Below, in pieces: positions 27,258 through 32,150 of a stretch of DNA of 32,150 nt. Numbering within the stretch: position 1 is the first letter of the stretch; the number at the start of each line of letters is the position of its first letter. The stretch is taken from sequence record NC_049388.1; one strand, given 5' to 3'. The stretch is from Peduovirus P24C9. A program made the translations under genes and the position numbers. The notes below the pieces were generated by a model that worked only from the letters and a program-made list of their open reading frames with translations, was not told the DNA's origin and did not search any database.

Positions 27258-29502
27258 AGCCTCCGGGCGTTTTGTCCCTCCGTCAGCATTTGCCGCAGGC
27301 ACCGGTAAGACGTTTACCGGTGCTTATGCATGGAACGCGCCACGCGAGGCCGTCGGGCGCGAAAGACCCCTTACACGTGACGAGATGCGTCAGGTGCAAG
27401 GTGTTTTATCCACGATTAACCGCCTGCCTTACTTTTTGCGCTCGCTGTTTACTTCACGCTATGACTACATCCGGCGCAATAAAAGCCCGGTGCACGGGTT
27501 TTATTTCCTCACATCCACTTTTCAGCGTCGTTTATGGCCGCGCATTGAGCGTGTGAATCAGCGCCATGAAATGAACACCGACGCGTCGTTGCTGTTTCTG
27601 GCAGAGCGTGATCACTATGCGCGCCTGCCGGGAATGAATGACAAGGAGCTGAAAAAGTTTGCCGCCCGTATCTCATCGCAGCTTTTCATGATGTATGAGG
27701 AACTCAGCGATGCCTGGGTGGATGCGCATGGCGAAAAAGAATCACTGTTTACGGATGAGGCTCAGGATCACCTGTATGGTCATGTTGCTGGCGCTGCACG
27801 AGCTTTCAATATTTCCCCTCTCTACTGGAAAAAATACCGTAAAAGACAGATGACCACGAGGCAGGCATATTCTGCCATTGCCCGTCTGTTTAACGATGAG
27901 TGGTGGACTCATCAGCTTAAAGGCCAGCGTATGCGCTGGCATGAAGCGTTACTGATAGCTGTCGGGGAGGTCAATAAAGACCGTTCTCCTTATGCCAGTA
28001 AACACGCCATTCGTGATGTGCGTGCGCGCCGCCAGGCAAATCTGGAATTTCTTAAATCGTGTGACCTTGAAAACAGGGAAACCGGCGAGCGCATCGACCT
28101 TATCAGTAAGGTGATGGGCAGTATTTCTAATCCTGAAATTCGCCGGATGGAGCTGATGAACACCATTGCCGGTATTGAGCGTTACGCCGCTGCAGAGGGT
28201 GATGTGGGGATGTTTATCACGCTGACCGCGCCGTCAAAGTATCACCCGACACGTCAGGTAGGAAAAGGCGAAAGTAAAACCGTGCAGCTTAATCACGGCT
28301 GGAACGATGAGGCATTTAATCCAAAGGATGCGCAGCGTTATCTCTGCCGTATCTGGAGCCTGATGCGCACGGCATTCAAGGATAATGATTTACAGGTCTA
28401 CGGTTTGCGTGTCGTCGAGCCACACCACGACGGAACGCCGCACTGGCATATGATGCTTTTTTGTAATTCACGCCAGCGTAACCAGATTATCGAAATCATG
28501 CGTCGCTATGCGCTCAAAGAGGATGGCGACGAAAGAGGAGCCGCGCGAAACCGTTTTCAGGCAAAACACCTTAACCGGGGCGGTGCTGCGGGATATATCG
28601 CGAAATACATTTCAAAAAACATCGACGGCTATGCACTGGATGGTCAGCTCGATAACGACACCGGCAGGCCGCTGAAAGACACTGCAGCGGCTGTTACCGC
28701 ATGGGCGTCAACGTGGCGCATCCCGCAATTTAAAACGGTTGGCCTGCCGACAATGGGGGCTTACCGTGAACTACGCAAATTGCCGCGCGGCGTCAGCATT
28801 GCTGATGAGTTTGACGAGCGCGTCGAGGCTGCACGCGCCGCCGCAGACAGTGGTGATTTTGCGTTGTATATCAGCGCGCAGGGTGGGGCAAATGTCCCGC
28901 GCGATTGTCAGACTGTCAGAGTCGCCCGTAGCCCGTCGGATGAAGTTAACGAGTACGAGGAAGAAGTCGAGAGAGTGGTCGGCATTTACGCGCCGCATCT
29001 CGGCGCGCGTCATATTCATATCACCAGAACGACGGACTGGCGCATTGTGCCGAAAGTTCCGGTCGTTGAGCCTTTGACTTTAAAAAGCGGCATCGCCGCG
29101 CCTCGGAGTCCTGTCAATAACTGTGGAAAGCTCACCAGTGGTGATACTTCGTTACCGGCTCCCACACCTTCTGAACACGCCGCAGCAGTGCTTAATCTGG
29201 TTGATGACGGTGTTATCGAATGGAATGACCCGGAGGTCGTGAGGGTGCTCAGGGGCGCATTAAAACACGGCCTGAGAACACCAAATCGTCAGCAAAGAAA
29301 CGGAAGCCCGTTAAAACCACATGAAATTGCACCATCGGCCAGGCTGACCCGGCCGGAACGATTGCAAATTACCCGTATCCGCGTTGACCTTGCTCAGAAC
29401 GGTATCAGGCCTCAGCGATGGGAGCTTGAGGCGCTGGCGCGTGGGGCGATGGTGATTTATGATAATAAAAAATTCAAATATCCAGTGATTGATGAGTGGT
29501 AA
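27247..29502 (+). CDS. A: Replication initiation protein A (HUH rolling-circle endonuclease)
   Basis: Start placed at ATG 27247 (MAVKASGRF...); ORF track begins at 27205. Contains an HUH-like motif (PHWHMMLF) and a Tyr motif (GYIAKYISKN); P2 gpA-like size. Confidence 0.85.
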   Translation: MAVKASGRFVPPSAFAAGTGKTFTGAYAWNAPREAVGRERPLTRDEMRQVQGVLSTINRLPYFLRSLFTSRYDYIRRNKSPVHGFYFLTSTFQRRLWPRIERVNQRHEMNTDASLLFLAERDHYARLPGMNDKELKKFAARISSQLFMMYEELSDAWVDAHGEKESLFTDEAQDHLYGHVAGAARAFNISPLYWKKYRKRQMTTRQAYSAIARLFNDEWWTHQLKGQRMRWHEALLIAVGEVNKDRSPYASKHAIRDVRARRQANLEFLKSCDLENRETGERIDLISKVMGSISNPEIRRMELMNTIAGIERYAAAEGDVGMFITLTAPSKYHPTRQVGKGESKTVQLNHGWNDEAFNPKDAQRYLCRIWSLMRTAFKDNDLQVYGLRVVEPHHDGTPHWHMMLFCNSRQRNQIIEIMRRYALKEDGDERGAARNRFQAKHLNRGGAAGYIAKYISKNIDGYALDGQLDNDTGRPLKDTAAAVTAWASTWRIPQFKTVGLPTMGAYRELRKLPRGVSIADEFDERVEAARAAADSGDFALYISAQGGANVPRDCQTVRVARSPSDEVNEYEEEVERVVGIYAPHLGARHIHITRTTDWRIVPKVPVVEPLTLKSGIAAPRSPVNNCGKLTSGDTSLPAPTPSEHAAAVLNLVDDGVIEWNDPEVVRVLRGALKHGLRTPNRQQRNGSPLKPHEIAPSARLTRPERLQITRIRVDLAQNGIRPQRWELEALARGAMVIYDNKKFKYPVIDEW

Positions 29503-29631
29503 GGCTATTAAATTACGAATAAATACAGGTCTTATTGATGGATTGGGTAATAGTAAACTTTAAAAAATAATAATTGTAATGTTTTAAATTATAGTTAAAT
29601 TTCGCTTAATGACATTATCTTCTTAATATTT

Positions 29632-29661
29632 AAAGTGCCTCCCATTATTAGGGGGCACTTT
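29632..29661. terminator. Putative bidirectional terminator between convergent A and accessory operon
   Basis: Imperfect hairpin aaagtgcctccc-attatta-gggggcacttt in a very AT-rich gap, with A/T runs on both sides. Confidence 0.5.
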
Positions 29662-29677
29662 AAATTATGGGATTAAT

Positions 29678-30961
29678 TTATTGTGGCCAGTCCCAGTTAT
29701 CATATTGTTGAATTTTTTCTGATAACACTTGAGGTGCACTACCGTGAGTTACATTTTCAGCATAACCAATCGTACCGACATAGTTAATGTCATCAACATC
29801 AAGTGTATTGGCCTCCCATGGCCGTATCTTGCGAGTTGGTTCACAGATAGAAACGTCACGATTGATGGTTTTTAACCACGATATATTTATTACATTTGCG
29901 CCTGCAGCTTTTAGATACATTCTGGCTGTTTCATGAGCATTTCCTTCAGTGCAAAAATCATCAATAACTAATATTTTCTTACCTTTCAATTTAGGAGGGT
30001 TGGTATATCTTTCGCCGGTGATGAGGTTTTTAATAGGGGCAGGATTTAAATTAACGGTGTTTATTTGAGATGTGATGTTTACTTCTTGCTTAGCTATCCG
30101 AGCTTGCTGTGATTTAATAGCTGTTGTATGTCGTAAGAATAGATCTTTTAGATACTTTCCTTTGAATGAGACTGCTAAACCTTTTAGGTCATGCTCCATA
30201 ATGTTTGCTAGTTTATAAGGATCTTCAGCGTTATGTCCAACGTAGGTGGTTATAAAACTTGCTCCTTCACTTAAGCCAGAGAAATAAATGCTAGCACCAA
30301 GATATCTTATCCAAAAATCGGGGCTTCCAACCGATAGCTTTGCGAGGTCTCTTGCATTGGCTGAATACATTGTAAATTCAGGGACATATGTGCTAAATGG
30401 TGCTAAGGCGTAGTAGTGAACATCTTCATTAAAATGCCCTTGCCATCCCCACAACTGCTCTCTTAAGCAAAAGACATCAATAAATCTAGCGATTTCTTTG
30501 GGTTCTGAAAATTGAAAACCGTACTCAGTAACCGGTTCATACCAGGTCGCATTAATAAATAGGGTATTCCCGTTGGTAGCTGCTTGTAAGTCTTCCTGAG
30601 AACGCCCTACATAGATCATTTCGTTTCGTTTTAATTCTAACGCAGCCATGATGAAATCTATGGCCTTCCCTGTTTGTTTTGCTGGTATGTTGTTGTCGAG
30701 TTCACGGCAAAAGTGAATTGATTCTGGGAATTTCCTTTTTAGGTATTCGTCTAGTGTTACGATCCCGTCATGTGTTCTCACGTTTCTATTTTTATTTGTC
30801 AAGAAGATAACTTTAATCCCTTTTGATGACAAAAACGCAAACAACTTACGTAATTCAGAGTCGATTCTAGATTTTAGTTCCTGAGGTTGAGTGTTAGATG
30901 TTAATGGTAATACAACATCTGCGATTGAAAATATAACTGCCTTTAAATACATATTATTCAT
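29678..30961 (-). CDS. Phosphoribosyltransferase-domain protein, second gene of the accessory operon
   Basis: 427 aa; C-terminal PRTase-like motif KKILVIDDFCTEGNAHET; N-terminal half has degenerate HAD-like motifs (VIFSIADVV, IYVGRSQEDLQAATNGN); start overlaps the upstream gene by 8 nt; AT-rich. Confidence 0.7.
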   Translation of the reverse strand: MNNMYLKAVIFSIADVVLPLTSNTQPQELKSRIDSELRKLFAFLSSKGIKVIFLTNKNRNVRTHDGIVTLDEYLKRKFPESIHFCRELDNNIPAKQTGKAIDFIMAALELKRNEMIYVGRSQEDLQAATNGNTLFINATWYEPVTEYGFQFSEPKEIARFIDVFCLREQLWGWQGHFNEDVHYYALAPFSTYVPEFTMYSANARDLAKLSVGSPDFWIRYLGASIYFSGLSEGASFITTYVGHNAEDPYKLANIMEHDLKGLAVSFKGKYLKDLFLRHTTAIKSQQARIAKQEVNITSQINTVNLNPAPIKNLITGERYTNPPKLKGKKILVIDDFCTEGNAHETARMYLKAAGANVINISWLKTINRDVSICEPTRKIRPWEANTLDVDDINYVGTIGYAENVTHGSAPQVLSEKIQQYDNWDWPQ

Positions 30962-32003
30962 CTCCCAGAAGAGAAAGTTGCTGTGTTTTTACACCGGATG
31001 CTGATTTAATTAAGCTTTGCACGTCTTTAAAATCGGATAGTGGAATATTCATTATCGTAGCTGAGTACTCTGACAAGGCATGTTTAATCTCTTCTTGAGG
31101 TGTAGTTCCCCTAAGTAAAGGACAAAGTATCGCTCTTTTTAATTGAGCAGCATATCTCACAGTATGAGATGTCCCACTTTTTAGGCCCCATTCAACTGGG
31201 ATCAATACATCACTTAAAGCTGCTTGAATTCTATTTCTACGAACAAAGTTTTCCTGTGATGGTTTTTGGTTTGGTAAATACTCAGTAAGAATCAGTCCGC
31301 CATTATTTACAATATGGCCTCTCATCTCGCCACTATTTTTGGGATAATTTGAGTTTACGCCAGTACCTAACACAGCAATTGTCGGTATTTTAAATAACAG
31401 GGATGCTTCATGTGCAGATTGATCTATACCATATGCTAAACCGCTTACAGTTGAATAATCCGAATCTATAAATTGCGAGATTACTGCTTGAGTTAAATAA
31501 ATTCCAAGTGCGGTTGGGTTTCTGGTGCCGACAACTCCAACACACTTTTTATCTAGCAAGGATACATTGCCTTGAGCAAACAACCAGAAAGGCGGCTCAG
31601 ACAGGTCATTCAACTTGTCTGGATAGCTCGGAGAACCATGGTGGATGATTTTGTAACCACTATTATGATAATGTGTGAGTAATATTTTAGCCGTAGAAAT
31701 CATGCTGTCCCGAAAAACAGACCAATTGCCTTCATTCAAATAATAAGGTTGGCGATGAAGTTTTACTCCAAGTAGATACTCAAAGTTGGCTAATGTTTGG
31801 CTGGTAACAATGTCTCTAAATCTGATTCCCTTTTGAGCAACTTTATATAGAGTCCAATAACTAACGCCATGTATTTCTGATAGTGCCAACAAAGCGGCAC
31901 TTTCTGTGTTCCATCGAGCTGTTTCAATATCCGTCATAATGTTCGCCAAAATGGAAGATTTTTTATCGCTTTTATCATAGGTTTGTATAAAAGTGTAGCA
32001 CAT
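30954..32003 (-). CDS. DprA/Smf-like (SLOG-type Rossmann fold) protein, first gene of the accessory operon
   Basis: 349 aa; DprA-family motifs VGVVGTRNPTALG, SGLAYGIDQSAHEASL, TIAVLGTGVNSNYPKN, LTEY and FVRRNRIQAALSD...SGTSHTVRYAAQLKRAI; alternative start at MTDIETARW (31937); AT-rich. Confidence 0.75.
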   Translation of the reverse strand: MCYTFIQTYDKSDKKSSILANIMTDIETARWNTESAALLALSEIHGVSYWTLYKVAQKGIRFRDIVTSQTLANFEYLLGVKLHRQPYYLNEGNWSVFRDSMISTAKILLTHYHNSGYKIIHHGSPSYPDKLNDLSEPPFWLFAQGNVSLLDKKCVGVVGTRNPTALGIYLTQAVISQFIDSDYSTVSGLAYGIDQSAHEASLLFKIPTIAVLGTGVNSNYPKNSGEMRGHIVNNGGLILTEYLPNQKPSQENFVRRNRIQAALSDVLIPVEWGLKSGTSHTVRYAAQLKRAILCPLLRGTTPQEEIKHALSEYSATIMNIPLSDFKDVQSLIKSASGVKTQQLSLLGDE

Positions 32004-32110
32004 TAAACCAAGACTTTAGAGGGCATGTTCTTGCATCAAACTGCATGTAAAAAAACAAAAAATTAATGCACCTTAGGTCTTATCCAGTCAATCTCGAGTG
32101 TTCACATGCA
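32004..32110 (-). promoter_or_regulatory. Putative promoter region for the accessory operon
   Basis: AT-rich non-coding sequence just upstream of the DprA-like ORF on the minus strand; no -35/-10 pair confidently assigned. Confidence 0.3.
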
Positions 32111-32150
32111 TCTGCATTAAAACCGCCCCACGAAGCGGGCGGGCGAGGCG

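Larger units (their letters stand above)
1..32150. mobile_element. Near-complete P2-like temperate myovirus genome in virion (cos-to-cos) permutation
   Basis: Uninterrupted P2-type synteny with P2-like protein lengths across the whole window; ogr, att region and int are contiguous; no host genes present. Confidence 0.9.

Noticed and set aside
1-32150. Search for tRNA, rRNA, CRISPR arrays or IS elements
   Set aside because: No regularly spaced short repeats, no cloverleaf-like tRNA segments and no transposase-like ORFs or terminal inverted repeats were seen; gene density leaves no room for them.

Overview
The window reads as an essentially complete ~32 kb P2-like temperate myovirus genome in virion (cos-to-cos) gene order, with no host genes. 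The conserved backbone is intact: leftward packaging genes Q and P, rightward capsid genes O-N-M-L, the lysis cassette (Y, K, lysA, lysB with embedded lysC), tail and baseplate genes (X, R, S, V, W, J, I, H, G, FI, FII, E/E', T, U, D), ogr, an attP region, the int-C-cox switch and the early replication operon (B to A). Assignments rest on synteny, protein lengths and recalled P2 protein sequences and motifs; no database search was run. Two accessory loci interrupt the backbone. The first is a Nudix hydrolase plus YfbT-like HAD phosphatase pair between G and FI (the P2 Z/fun position). The second is an AT-rich, minus-strand two-gene operon between gene A and the cos end (the P2 tin/old position), encoding a DprA/Smf-like protein and a phosphoribosyltransferase-domain protein. 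This second operon is the strongest candidate for an anti-phage defence module; I recall a DprA-like/PRTase pair being reported from P2-like hotspots, but cannot verify that here. Other notable points are a mosaic tail fibre H with three internal repeats, a conserved E/E' -1 frameshift site, and attP arm repeats overlapping the 3' end of int. No tRNA, rRNA, CRISPR array or IS element was seen.
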